Virus record (IMG/VR): IMGVR_UViG_3300044674_002756
Location: 1 to 32,457 of that record
Reading direction: 5' to 3' (one strand)
Length of the DNA stretch: 32,457 nt
Origin: a virus
Taxonomy: Duplodnaviria > Caudoviricetes
Shown here: piece by piece, positions 17,505-27,591 of the stretch
Numbering within the stretch: position 1 is the stretch's first letter
Layout: each line of letters starts with the position of its first letter
Notes under the pieces: model-generated
The model's input: only the letters and a program-made list of their open reading frames with translations
What the model was told of the DNA's origin: nothing
Database searches by the model: none
Position numbers and translations under genes: made by a program

Positions 17505-20285
17505 ATGGTCGATCGAGCAACTAATATTCGTGTACGTATAGATATCAAGGACGCCATGGGTAAGATTTCCCAGATGAAAGCAGGCATGAATTCATTAGGC
17601 GCTACAGGTCAGAAATCAGGTACTCAGATTCAGCAAGGAATGACAAAGGCTACAACCGCTATCAATACCGCAGGCAACGCCGCAGTCAAGAATGCAGTAA
17701 ACTTTCAGACAATGGGTATGGGTATGCTTAACTTGTCTACTTCCGCAGTACAAACTTATACTTCTATATCTAACTTGGCAAGAGCAGAGAACAGAGCAGA
17801 AGCCGCCTCATTAGGTTTACAAAGAGCAGAGGATTTGTTAGCACGTAAGCAGTTAGCACTTAACAAGATAGTCGAGTCAGGCGGAAAAGGTAGCAGAGAA
17901 TACAAGCTTATCTTAGACGAGATTACCACGGCAACAAACGACTTGGCAGTAAAAGAGGACAAGTTAAAGATTGAGAAAGAGGCAGTCATGGACGTATATA
18001 TGCTGTTCGCCGCCAACTTGGCTAACGTCGGTGTATCTTCATTGTTATTATATAAAGCCGCATTTGCAGACGTAACAAAGGCACAGATTGTAAATAGTGT
18101 GGTAACAGCAAAGAATACTATTGCTACAAAACTTAACGCCTTGGCAAGATGGAATTCTTCAAAGTCATTTGTAGGACTGACTGCCGCAAGTGCAACTGCT
18201 ACAGGCGGATTGGTAGCCTCTACATTTGCAACCAAAGCCGCAACCTTGGCAACAAAGGCTTTAAACTTTGCTTTGGGTCCCGTTGGTCTAGTTATCATGG
18301 GTATATCTGCCGCATTAGTGGCTTATGAAACTAACTTTGGTGGATTCAAGGACGCAGTAAACGGATTCCTAGGAATTCAGGAAGACTTTAACGTTCAAGT
18401 AGACGACGGTACAGCCGCAATAGAGGCACAGACTACCGCCTTGTCAGGACAGAAAGATATGTTTGACAAATTAGGTGGCGCAATGCAGAACTATATCAAA
18501 ATGCAAGAGTCCATTGCAAAACAGACTGGAGATCCAAGAGAATTATTAAGACTTGCAGAATTACGAGCAAGAGGTTATTCAGGTCAGCCGACGGGTATAA
18601 ATTACTCGGGTTTTAGCACGGGTGGAACAACCACCCAGTCAACAGGAAACACAGCATTCCAGTCAGGCAACAACATACAGTCTGAGGAACGCGGACGATT
18701 TGACAACAGTATTATTCCGACTGCTCATGGAGACTCAAACTTACAGGTAGAAAAAGTCCTAAGTACACAAAAGCCTGTAAGGGAAGCAGATTTTGGAAAG
18801 AATCCTTTCGGCTCTATCGAACAAAGAATAGCATTTTACGAACAACCGTTCCCGCAACAGCGTGAGACATTGATGGCATGGATTGACAACACTTGGGATA
18901 TGCCGGGAACTCAACAGGCATACGTAGACAAATACTGGGAAATATTTGAGATATCAAACGGATTTACAGAAAAGAAAATTACCAAGATAGATCCTCAGGA
19001 AGAAATGAAAAAACTTATACAAAGCGGAGTGCCTCTTGGATCATTCAAGCCTCAGTTTGCACCCGGTTATGCAGGCACAGGAGAATCAATATTTGACTTT
19101 GAATTAGACAACCGCAAGATGGTAAAGGACGCACTTGGAGTTGATATCGGCGCAGTTGCAGAAAGACTTACGGTACATGAGTCTATCAGACTTGGTACCA
19201 TACAGAAACAGATGGGCAAGTTCAACGCTCAGCCTACAAAATGGATAACTGAAATGCAGACGTTTGTTACAGGCAAGTCAGTCGCACCCGGCGCAGGCTT
19301 GATGGCTTTGCTTGAGGGAAGTGGCGTAGAAACGGGAACTGCGGAATTTGCAGTAAGAAGCAGAAACCCTCTTTACGGTCAGCCTACAGGCGGAAGAACT
19401 GGCGAACTGTTGCAACAGATCAGGGCATTGGGCGGTGTCAATGCACAGGGACAGACTTCTGCAACACAGATGTATCAGTTGGCAAGGGTCTATAATCCGC
19501 GAACAGGCAGAATGGAAAGTCCTATAAGGGCAAGTCAGGCATTTTATGACCGTATAAGAGAACAGGATTATCAGAGAAACTCTGGAACACAAGACCTTAG
19601 AAGATCTGCGGGATCAATATTTTCAGGCGGCGGCATATCAGGTCTCAGTCCGGGTCAGTATGGAAGACATACTACAGGATTCTCAGGCTATATATCTCAG
19701 TTGCAACAGACTACTGGAATGATAGCAGGGCAGTTTGGAACAGACGAGATTTCACGCAGGGAACTGGAAGCCGCAGGCAAAAAGTTCTTCCAAGGTCAAC
19801 ACGCAAAGTCTCAGGCAGTAGCACTTATGTTTGCATTGGAAGCAGGCAAGATTGCCGACAGAAGAATAGACCGCGTGGAGAAGACAATAGCACTTCAACT
19901 GGGTATTGACTTTGACGCAAATTCTGGAGAGGGCTACTTTACAAGAGTAGGCGGATCAAAGAACAGACCTATCGCAAGATTTACAAGTACCGCAAAGCCG
20001 TTCTGGGAACAGATAAGAGAGGACATTGGCGCAGACGGCAAGATCACATTGCCTTCAATCAAAAGAATGGAATCAATATCATTGGCATTTCAGGAATACG
20101 GATCGTCATGGACTAACTTTAACAATTTTGCAGTACACAAGAATGCAAGCGAAAAACTAGGTCTTACGGAACAGAAAATCTTTGATATCAGATTCGATCA
20201 GACTAGAGGCGATAGGGAACTCTTAAATAGGTTAAGATATATAGAAAAAATTGAGGCGGCAAGTTCAGGAACATCTCCATTATGA
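17505..20285 (+). CDS. Tape measure protein
   Basis: 926 aa; N-terminal IRVRIDIKD, Ala-rich helices, ALGPVGLVIMGISAAL TM-like motif; position in tail operon. Confidence 0.85.
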   Translation: MVDRATNIRVRIDIKDAMGKISQMKAGMNSLGATGQKSGTQIQQGMTKATTAINTAGNAAVKNAVNFQTMGMGMLNLSTSAVQTYTSISNLARAENRAEAASLGLQRAEDLLARKQLALNKIVESGGKGSREYKLILDEITTATNDLAVKEDKLKIEKEAVMDVYMLFAANLANVGVSSLLLYKAAFADVTKAQIVNSVVTAKNTIATKLNALARWNSSKSFVGLTAASATATGGLVASTFATKAATLATKALNFALGPVGLVIMGISAALVAYETNFGGFKDAVNGFLGIQEDFNVQVDDGTAAIEAQTTALSGQKDMFDKLGGAMQNYIKMQESIAKQTGDPRELLRLAELRARGYSGQPTGINYSGFSTGGTTTQSTGNTAFQSGNNIQSEERGRFDNSIIPTAHGDSNLQVEKVLSTQKPVREADFGKNPFGSIEQRIAFYEQPFPQQRETLMAWIDNTWDMPGTQQAYVDKYWEIFEISNGFTEKKITKIDPQEEMKKLIQSGVPLGSFKPQFAPGYAGTGESIFDFELDNRKMVKDALGVDIGAVAERLTVHESIRLGTIQKQMGKFNAQPTKWITEMQTFVTGKSVAPGAGLMALLEGSGVETGTAEFAVRSRNPLYGQPTGGRTGELLQQIRALGGVNAQGQTSATQMYQLARVYNPRTGRMESPIRASQAFYDRIREQDYQRNSGTQDLRRSAGSIFSGGGISGLSPGQYGRHTTGFSGYISQLQQTTGMIAGQFGTDEISRRELEAAGKKFFQGQHAKSQAVALMFALEAGKIADRRIDRVEKTIALQLGIDFDANSGEGYFTRVGGSKNRPIARFTSTAKPFWEQIREDIGADGKITLPSIKRMESISLAFQEYGSSWTNFNNFAVHKNASEKLGLTEQKIFDIRFDQTRGDRELLNRLRYIEKIEAASSGTSPL

Positions 20286-21994
20286 CACTAACACCAAACT
20301 TTGATCCAACTGAATCCGCACCTGAGATATACATATATGATTATGACGGCTCATTGCAATATACTTATCAGACTAACAAGACTCAGGCTAGTCCTACACA
20401 AGACTTTAGACTTACAGATCTTACTATGACTTTGGAGTCAAACGGATCATACGGTCATTGTACGTTATTGCTTGAAGACAACGCCAATACGTTGATAGGT
20501 ACCACGTTGAGACGCAAATCTTTGATCAAAAGAGAATGGGACGTTCAGGTATATCTTGGCAAGGACAATGCGGGATTACAAAGATGGTTTTATGGAAAGG
20601 TCAAATCATCTAGCGTAATTCGACCCGGAACATCTACTGAAAGAATTCAGGTAAACTGTGTAGGGTGGGGAGAAGTGCTTAAGAACAAGATTACTACTAT
20701 CAAAAGAAATCAGGCTAAAGCCTCAAACGGCGTAGACTTGGACGATACTGATACGTCAACAAAAATATATGAACTTATTCAGGATATGTTTGCAGACACG
20801 GATCATTTGTTTGACAACAACATTACGCCTATAAATACCTTTACATATACTACAGGTGCCGACGGTATCTGTACCGAATGTACTGACATTTCATTGGCTA
20901 ACGTAAACGAATTAGGCAACACTTTCTCAGGGTTTATATCCAGAGTAGTAGGTGCCGCCAATGCGGAATGGCATATCAACGCTGACAGAAGAATAGTAGT
21001 AAGAGATCCTATAAACCATGATTCAGGATTTTTAATTACCAATGACTTGTCAGGACTGGACGCCCAAGGGTGGGACAGCGGAAAGATTATGTACTTGAAG
21101 AATACGCCTTTCTCATGGGACGACTCTTCGTTTGATACAATGTATTCATGGATTCATGCATACGGACATTTCGCACCGTCATTAAACATCAAGGAAGAGA
21201 CAACACCTGACGCAACTGATTCAATGGACGACGAATTCATATCTATTCCGATTACCCCAGTTGTAGACAACATATTCAAGATTGCAGTAAGAATGATAAA
21301 GACTGGAACGCCTGCAACAAATACCATTATGGAAATCAGGGGAGACGACGGCACAGGAAAGCCTGACTTGGTTGATATCAGAAGAAAGATTACAATTACA
21401 AAAGAGATTCTGCAAGGTCTTGGAACATCTACACCCGCAGGGTGGTTTGAGATTCCCGTAAGTCCTAAACTAGAGGTTACTCCGAACGAGACTTTGCACT
21501 TGGTATTTCACAGAATGGACGACGCTTCTCATACTTATAACATAGACTACAAGTCTGGATCAGGAACATATTATGTTTCTACTGATGATGTTAGTTGGAC
21601 TGCCGCTACAGGTCTCATAAATTACAGAATATATGACGCCAAAAGACTTCATACCTCAGTAGAGAATACCAATCTTTCACAAACATTGACTGAACAACGT
21701 GAGAAATTATTGCCAATTAGAGCAGATCTTGAAGAGGAAACTGTAAGACAAGCATTGTTAATAGCTGGAGAAACTCTGGGCAGGGAAAGAAGAGTGTATG
21801 AAGATGTGAATTGTACCATGCCTAGTGATCGTATAGAGTTAAGCAGTTATCTTCGTATGCAAGATATCGAAACTGGACTGGATATAAAGGCTAATATTAT
21901 ATCTTATACTATTGAAATGCACGCAGGGGATTCGCAGACAAACATAGGTGCTTCGTCTATAAAACTTACTTTAGACGATATAAACGCAGTATAG
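20282..21994 (+). CDS. Tail tip/baseplate hub protein with inserted beta-sandwich domain
   Basis: Follows TMP; FYGKV...VNCVGW hub-like motifs; MEIRGDDGTGKP insert. Confidence 0.6.
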   Translation: MTLTPNFDPTESAPEIYIYDYDGSLQYTYQTNKTQASPTQDFRLTDLTMTLESNGSYGHCTLLLEDNANTLIGTTLRRKSLIKREWDVQVYLGKDNAGLQRWFYGKVKSSSVIRPGTSTERIQVNCVGWGEVLKNKITTIKRNQAKASNGVDLDDTDTSTKIYELIQDMFADTDHLFDNNITPINTFTYTTGADGICTECTDISLANVNELGNTFSGFISRVVGAANAEWHINADRRIVVRDPINHDSGFLITNDLSGLDAQGWDSGKIMYLKNTPFSWDDSSFDTMYSWIHAYGHFAPSLNIKEETTPDATDSMDDEFISIPITPVVDNIFKIAVRMIKTGTPATNTIMEIRGDDGTGKPDLVDIRRKITITKEILQGLGTSTPAGWFEIPVSPKLEVTPNETLHLVFHRMDDASHTYNIDYKSGSGTYYVSTDDVSWTAATGLINYRIYDAKRLHTSVENTNLSQTLTEQREKLLPIRADLEEETVRQALLIAGETLGRERRVYEDVNCTMPSDRIELSSYLRMQDIETGLDIKANIISYTIEMHAGDSQTNIGASSIKLTLDDINAV

Positions 21995-21996
21995 TC

Positions 21997-22911
21997 ATGT
22001 CATTTCTTAATGATTATATCAAACCGACTGACTATGGCGCAGTACGAAAAGATATAAATAGGATTTTGTCCCTGATACATGACATTACGGCACAAGAGCC
22101 TGAGGACGAGGGACTACAGGAACGTATATGTATCTCGTCCAATGTAAAACTTAGGACTTCTACTTTTGAGATCGGCAAGCAAGATCTTCAAAATACTGAC
22201 ATAAGATACAAAGAGACATTTTTGTGGACTAGAAAGAAGCCAGTTACGCTGTCAACATATGACTTGGTACATACCACGACGGGTACTGGATTTACATATC
22301 CCGTATCAGATACATGGGACGGTGCCAGAGTGTTGACTGACGGAACGTCTTACATTACAATAGACGATCATGTTGACTTTGACTTTACTGACGAGGTTAC
22401 AATAGCCATGAAAGTGTCATTGCCTGCAAGCGGTGGCGGATTCGTATTATGTGAAAAGGTAAACGAGTACAGGCTAAGAGTAACAGATACTAACACCTTA
22501 GAGTTTGCAATATACACGGGCGGATCATATCAGACTCCAGTAACATATGCATATACTCCTGACACGGATTTCTCAATAGTAGCCACTTATAAGAGTACCG
22601 CCTCAGGTCAAAAACTTTATATAGACGGAGTTCTGTCTGACTCTGATAGTATAACAGGTGCCATTAATAACTCTACAGGAAATTTCTGTCTGATGGCTAC
22701 CGCAGGCGGCACCAACAAGGCATTGACTGGAACTTATATGGGACGATTCAGTCTGTTAAACAAAGAGGTCAGTACAGGGTGGATAACGGATTATCATACA
22801 AACTCAAGACTTGACACGTCTGACGGCAATACTGAGATAACAACCATACCGTTTGTAGGGAATGATTCAGCAAATCCTAATCAGACCGTGGGCGAATTCA
22901 TAGCACCTTAG
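21997..22911 (+). CDS. LamG/concanavalin-like domain tail protein
   Basis: IVATY...QKLYIDG LamG signature. Confidence 0.75.
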   Translation: MSFLNDYIKPTDYGAVRKDINRILSLIHDITAQEPEDEGLQERICISSNVKLRTSTFEIGKQDLQNTDIRYKETFLWTRKKPVTLSTYDLVHTTTGTGFTYPVSDTWDGARVLTDGTSYITIDDHVDFDFTDEVTIAMKVSLPASGGGFVLCEKVNEYRLRVTDTNTLEFAIYTGGSYQTPVTYAYTPDTDFSIVATYKSTASGQKLYIDGVLSDSDSITGAINNSTGNFCLMATAGGTNKALTGTYMGRFSLLNKEVSTGWITDYHTNSRLDTSDGNTEITTIPFVGNDSANPNQTVGEFIAP

Positions 22912-22948
22912 TTATATTAAACTGTTTAATTTAGAAAGATTTATATAC

Positions 22949-23137
22949 CTACCAATCTATTCCTAGTTCGTGTTTTAATTGTGCCTGTAATGTAGGATCT
23001 GTGGTTATGCTGTCCAAGTCTTTTTTTATATATCCTTTATATAGTTGAATCAGGTCTTGCATTGACTCCATTGATTCTAAGGTCTTATCTATAGGATTAA
23101 GACCGTTGAAACGATCCCTTCTTGTCAATTTTAACAT
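22949..23137 (-). CDS. Small hypothetical protein (62 aa, MLKLTRRDRF...)
   Basis: Start revised to 23137; minus-strand ACTTCT (23165-23170) lies 33 nt upstream. Confidence 0.55.
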   Translation of the reverse strand: MLKLTRRDRFNGLNPIDKTLESMESMQDLIQLYKGYIKKDLDSITTDPTLQAQLKHELGIDW

Positions 23138-23177
23138 ATCATTACTTCTTGTATTATTATCATAAGAAGTATATATT

Positions 23178-23840
23178 ATGCAATCTGATACAGAATTATT
23201 CAAAGAATTGTTAGATTTTACCACCCAAGGCGACAGATTACACGCTCAGGCAGAGGGCTTATCACATCACGTTAAAATTAATACTGACAGTTGGGGTTTT
23301 ACCTCATGGAATGCAGGCACAGTTTCTTTTAATCCATCTCATATCGTAGAGCAGAGCGAAAAAATAATGAATGAAAATCTCAATGATTTGATTAATGGAT
23401 TAAATACTACTGTTCGACCAAAGAAATTTGAGTCATTAAACAACGTCATATTATTACAGGGAATCAAAGAGAGCATAGACAGAGATATTGGTGTTGTAGC
23501 AACCGAATTGGATTATAATTCCATAGGCACTTCGTCAACCGCAGAGAGTGAGTCTCAGACTGACTTGCAATCAGAGTTTACAGATACCGCCTATTCCAGA
23601 AGACAGTTCTCAGTAAACGGATCCAGATCAAGGGTCAATCAGACTATGAAGATGGGAATGTTATGGGACGACTCGTTCTTTGACTCTGTTCCAGTTACTA
23701 TCAAGGAGTCAGGAATTCATTGGCACGCAAGCGACGCAAGCAAGTGCCACGCAAGAGTTGTTTCTACTGACTTTGTATTGGATTCAGGCGATCTGTTTGT
23801 CGTACAAATTAACGAGTTACAAGAGAATGGGACTTTATAG
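23178..23840 (+). CDS. Tail fibre-base/minor tail protein
   Basis: IGTSSTAESESQTDLQSE...TIKESGI...SGD pattern typical of tail-fibre-associated proteins. Confidence 0.6.
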   Translation: MQSDTELFKELLDFTTQGDRLHAQAEGLSHHVKINTDSWGFTSWNAGTVSFNPSHIVEQSEKIMNENLNDLINGLNTTVRPKKFESLNNVILLQGIKESIDRDIGVVATELDYNSIGTSSTAESESQTDLQSEFTDTAYSRRQFSVNGSRSRVNQTMKMGMLWDDSFFDSVPVTIKESGIHWHASDASKCHARVVSTDFVLDSGDLFVVQINELQENGTL

Positions 23841-23842
23841 AA

Positions 23843-25117
23843 ATGGTTGATCCAAACTTAGGCTCATGGACAGGTAATGTGGTTTCAGGTGCTTTTCTCG
23901 ATTCAACAACCTATGGATCAGGTACGTCTTTGCCTGCAACATGGGATCCACAAAGATTATTTTATCACACAAGTGAAAATACTTTGTATAGAAATACAGG
24001 TACAGAGGGTACACCTGTATGGTCAACCATTAGTGGAGCTGAATTATATGAAATTACAACAGCCGAAACTTACAATCCAGAAAAACAAACAGGTTTGATT
24101 CATCTTGTTTTTGAAAAAGATGGAATTGTTTCAGGTAAAGTAAAATTCTACATTGACGGAGTTTTACAAGATACTTATGACACTTCATCAACTGGACAGT
24201 ATAATAAAATTATAAAACCTTCGACTTCCTTGCAGTTTGTTTCCGAGCCGGGAACTTTTGCAACTACACAATATAACGGAAACCTTAAAAGTCCTCAAGT
24301 TTACCTAATTGCTGATTTTCATGGATTTGCTATTTCAGGAGATGGATTTACAGTTCAAAGAAGTGGATCAAGATACATACAACAGCACCCAATAACAACA
24401 GCTTTTGATTTAACAAGTGAACAAAATACGAACAAACAATCTGACGGAACAAACTTTACTGGATCAGACAGCGTTCATGCTTTAAGATATGATGATGTTG
24501 GCGATTATCTTTTTGCGGGAACTAACAAAAATACAGTAGAAAGATGTACTCTTGACGATACGCCGTGGCGATTTACTGGAAGTACGATAGGATCAACAGG
24601 ACAAATGCAGAGCTTTAATGTTTCATCTGAAGTATCTGGCGGAATTATTTACGGTTTAGAATTTAGTACAGATGGAACAAAAATGTATGTTTCAGAAAGT
24701 GATACAAGTGCTACTATTTTTCAATATACAATGACATCAGCATGGGATTTGAGTACTTGCTCTTATGCCAGTAAATCATACGCAACTGGAATGAATACCT
24801 CAGATTTTCGAGCCTTTGCAATAGAGCCTAACGGCGAATTTTTATTCACAACCAAAGAAGATTCAGGAACATCAGATACATTCTTGCACAGACATACAAT
24901 GTCTACACCGTGGGACATATCTACTGCTAGTGCTACGGACAGTATAAACATATCAGATTTAGTAAGCTATACGTCAGTTCCGTTGAATGGCGGTATGCAA
25001 GTAAGTGCTGACGGATCAATAATATACATATCAAGAAAAGGTGGATCATCAAGAACAACATACGGTTTGGAACTAAGTCTTTCATATAATGGATCATTTA
25101 AAGTAGCAGTTAACTGA
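23843..25117 (+). CDS. Putative receptor-binding tail fibre with beta-propeller repeats
   Basis: Repeats FSTDGTKMYV...AWDLSTCSY and PNGEFLF...PWDISTAS; last gene of the tail module. Confidence 0.65.
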   Translation: MVDPNLGSWTGNVVSGAFLDSTTYGSGTSLPATWDPQRLFYHTSENTLYRNTGTEGTPVWSTISGAELYEITTAETYNPEKQTGLIHLVFEKDGIVSGKVKFYIDGVLQDTYDTSSTGQYNKIIKPSTSLQFVSEPGTFATTQYNGNLKSPQVYLIADFHGFAISGDGFTVQRSGSRYIQQHPITTAFDLTSEQNTNKQSDGTNFTGSDSVHALRYDDVGDYLFAGTNKNTVERCTLDDTPWRFTGSTIGSTGQMQSFNVSSEVSGGIIYGLEFSTDGTKMYVSESDTSATIFQYTMTSAWDLSTCSYASKSYATGMNTSDFRAFAIEPNGEFLFTTKEDSGTSDTFLHRHTMSTPWDISTASATDSINISDLVSYTSVPLNGGMQVSADGSIIYISRKGGSSRTTYGLELSLSYNGSFKVAVN

Positions 25118-25361
25118 TCTGATTACATTTTAAATTTTTTGTAATTTTCTGTCTGCCTAAACTATGTTTAGATTTACGGCGTAATGTAGTCCCACAGCAG
25201 GGGCAAGAATTTTTCCATTTTAGATACCAAATTGATTCATTGGATTCTGAACATATACTACACCTATTGGCTACCATGTAGGCGATACTTGGCTTGATAT
25301 TTACCATAGCCTTTTTCTCAGAGACACAATATCTGCACTCGTCCTTGCACGTATAAACCAT
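25110..25361 (-). CDS. Cys-rich Zn-binding protein resembling a thaumarchaeal small-protein family
   Basis: TCKDEC...RCSIC...W...CPCCGTTLR pattern; minus-strand TTTATATT 29 nt upstream. Confidence 0.7.
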   Translation of the reverse strand: MVYTCKDECRYCVSEKKAMVNIKPSIAYMVANRCSICSESNESIWYLKWKNSCPCCGTTLRRKSKHSLGRQKITKNLKCNQIS

Positions 25362-25402
25362 ACAGTCTATATCATATACTATAATATAAATGTATCTGTA
25401 AA

Positions 25403-25539
25403 AAATATTACCAAGTTCTCATAACATCATAAAAGAATTTTTTTTGTGTTTATGTTATATAGGTATTGCTAAATCTTTTTATATCATTATTTTTTGGTCA
25501 TTTCAAATTCACTCGGATTCTGCGAAGCTAGTAATATTT
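25403..25539. repeat. 137-bp element copy B upstream of mcm
   Basis: 45/49 identical to 332-380 and 17/19 to 450-468 without gaps; bounded by inverted arms. Confidence 0.85.
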
Positions 25540-25585
25540 TATCATCAAACAAAAGTTTATATAGAGCTCGTTCTATATAGATAAT

Positions 25586-27271
25586 ATGTCCGAATTTCAT
25601 TTGAAAACAATTAGAAACTTATGGTATTGCAAGACTTGTGAGTCAGAAAAAGATTTGCCTACGGTAAGCAGATGTAAATCACAGCACCCTGAATCATTGG
25701 AAAGAGTTTTGTCTAGCAACGGCACGGAAGTTGCAACAGAGAAATGCGATCAAAAGATTACAAACTTTTCTGAGATAAAGTCTGACGACTTGAATCAGTT
25801 AGTAATGACAGAATGTATCTTGGTACAGTTGTCAGAACTGTCTATGTACAACATAGAGAAGACTTATATATGTCCTGAACGCGGTTGTAACTCATCATAC
25901 ACAATGTATGCAGACGACTACAAGGAAATCTATCAGAAAGATACATACGGATCATGTCAGCACCATGAGGGACAACCGTTAAAATATAACAGAGAGAATC
26001 GTATTACGGGAGACTTGAGAAAGGTAATGTTCCAAGAGCCTACAGATACAGGCAGCGTAAATCCGCGCAGTATCAAGGCACACCTTACAGGCAAGAACGC
26101 AAGAATGGAACTTAACGCAGGCAAAAAGTACAGAATTATATGCAGGGTACTTACTACAATAGATTCAAAAAAGAATGACGACGACTTTGTACTGGACGTT
26201 ATTCAGATAAGATGTCTTGATCAGAAGACAAACGAACAGCCCTCAGCATTGGAAATACAGATGTACAGGGACATGGATCAGACAAAGATAGTAGAGAGTC
26301 TTGCACCTAACGTAATAAACAGAACGGATATAAAACTAGCCTCACTTATTTCGCTTTTGTCAGGCGGCAGAGAAGACGGTAACAGATGGGATATGTCGGT
26401 ATTATTTGTCGGCGATCCGTCAACTGGAAAGTCTGCAATACTTGACAAACTTAAACAACTCGACAAGAGATCTTTCAAGATTTCAGGTCGTTCAACATCT
26501 AGCGCAGGCATGGTAATGGGCGTAGACAACCTAGCGGACGGAACTAGAATGGCAAAATTCGGACCCGTCATTCTGGCAAACGGCTCGTATGTTTGCATAG
26601 ATGAGTTGGACAAAATGCGTCCAGAAGATCAGTCTTCATTGCACGACGTCATGGAGTCCCAAGTTGCTCATCTAAACAAAGTAGGTATCAACCTTACCAT
26701 GCCCGCACGCACCAAGATAGTAGGTGCCGCCAATCCGATAGGATCCAACTGGAACATTGAAAAGACTGTAATGCAGAACATCAATATGCCTGCCTCATTC
26801 ATAGCAAGATTCGGATATGTCTTCCTGTTACTAAACAACTTTACCGAAGAGATGGAAGACGAACAGTACGAGGCTATGGAATACATAACTGACAATTCAA
26901 TAGAAGACTTTATCGCAAAGGAAAAACTTCTAAGCGAATACGAACTAATGAAGTTTATAAACTATGCTAACCTCTTGGATCCAAAGTTTGACGAGGGCGT
27001 GTTCAAGCACATAAGACTTTCTTTCAGGGACATCAGCAAGAACTCCAAGAATCGCGGAAAGGTAAACATAGACACAAGAGCCTTTGAGGATATCAAGAGA
27101 GGCGCCTATGCGTTTGCAAAGTTAGGATTGTCTGAGAGAGTTACAAAGGAACACGCTCAACAGGCATTGGACTTGTACCAAAGATCATTGGACTCTTTCG
27201 GCGTATCTTCCAAGGAAGAACATGACAGAATCCACATGACAGAGCCTATGAAACTGGAGACGTTAGATTAA
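25586..27271 (+). CDS. mcm: MCM replicative helicase
   Basis: Walker A GDPSTGKS, SSAGM, Walker B VCIDELDKM, LHDVME, AANP, ARF Arg finger, N-terminal Zn site; TTTATATA 30 nt upstream. Confidence 0.95.
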   Translation: MSEFHLKTIRNLWYCKTCESEKDLPTVSRCKSQHPESLERVLSSNGTEVATEKCDQKITNFSEIKSDDLNQLVMTECILVQLSELSMYNIEKTYICPERGCNSSYTMYADDYKEIYQKDTYGSCQHHEGQPLKYNRENRITGDLRKVMFQEPTDTGSVNPRSIKAHLTGKNARMELNAGKKYRIICRVLTTIDSKKNDDDFVLDVIQIRCLDQKTNEQPSALEIQMYRDMDQTKIVESLAPNVINRTDIKLASLISLLSGGREDGNRWDMSVLFVGDPSTGKSAILDKLKQLDKRSFKISGRSTSSAGMVMGVDNLADGTRMAKFGPVILANGSYVCIDELDKMRPEDQSSLHDVMESQVAHLNKVGINLTMPARTKIVGAANPIGSNWNIEKTVMQNINMPASFIARFGYVFLLLNNFTEEMEDEQYEAMEYITDNSIEDFIAKEKLLSEYELMKFINYANLLDPKFDEGVFKHIRLSFRDISKNSKNRGKVNIDTRAFEDIKRGAYAFAKLGLSERVTKEHAQQALDLYQRSLDSFGVSSKEEHDRIHMTEPMKLETLD

Positions 27272-27294
27272 TTGGATAGATATAAATAAGGGAC

Positions 27295-27591
27295 ATGACA
27301 TTGTATAGTATGGAAGAAACATTGGACAGAAGATGTAAGATCAAGATGTGCGCCTACGGAAGTTGCAGAAAAGAATTTTACGGAAAAGGATATAACTATG
27401 CAGGCATGAAACTTTATTGTCTAAAACACAGACCGCTAGTCAGAAAGGGTAACATGACTCGTTACAGAAAAGGTATTCCAGAAAAGATAAGTAAACGCAA
27501 CAAGGAATACAGGGACAACAACAAAGAATATATGAGCGAGTACAAGAAACAATGGTACATAAGAAAGAACTTGGAGATACAAGATGGTTAA
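27295..27591 (+). CDS. Basic Zn-binding hypothetical protein
   Basis: CAYGSC...YCLKH then K/R/Y-rich helix; start may be ATG 27310 by TATA spacing. Confidence 0.6.
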   Translation: MTLYSMEETLDRRCKIKMCAYGSCRKEFYGKGYNYAGMKLYCLKHRPLVRKGNMTRYRKGIPEKISKRNKEYRDNNKEYMSEYKKQWYIRKNLEIQDG

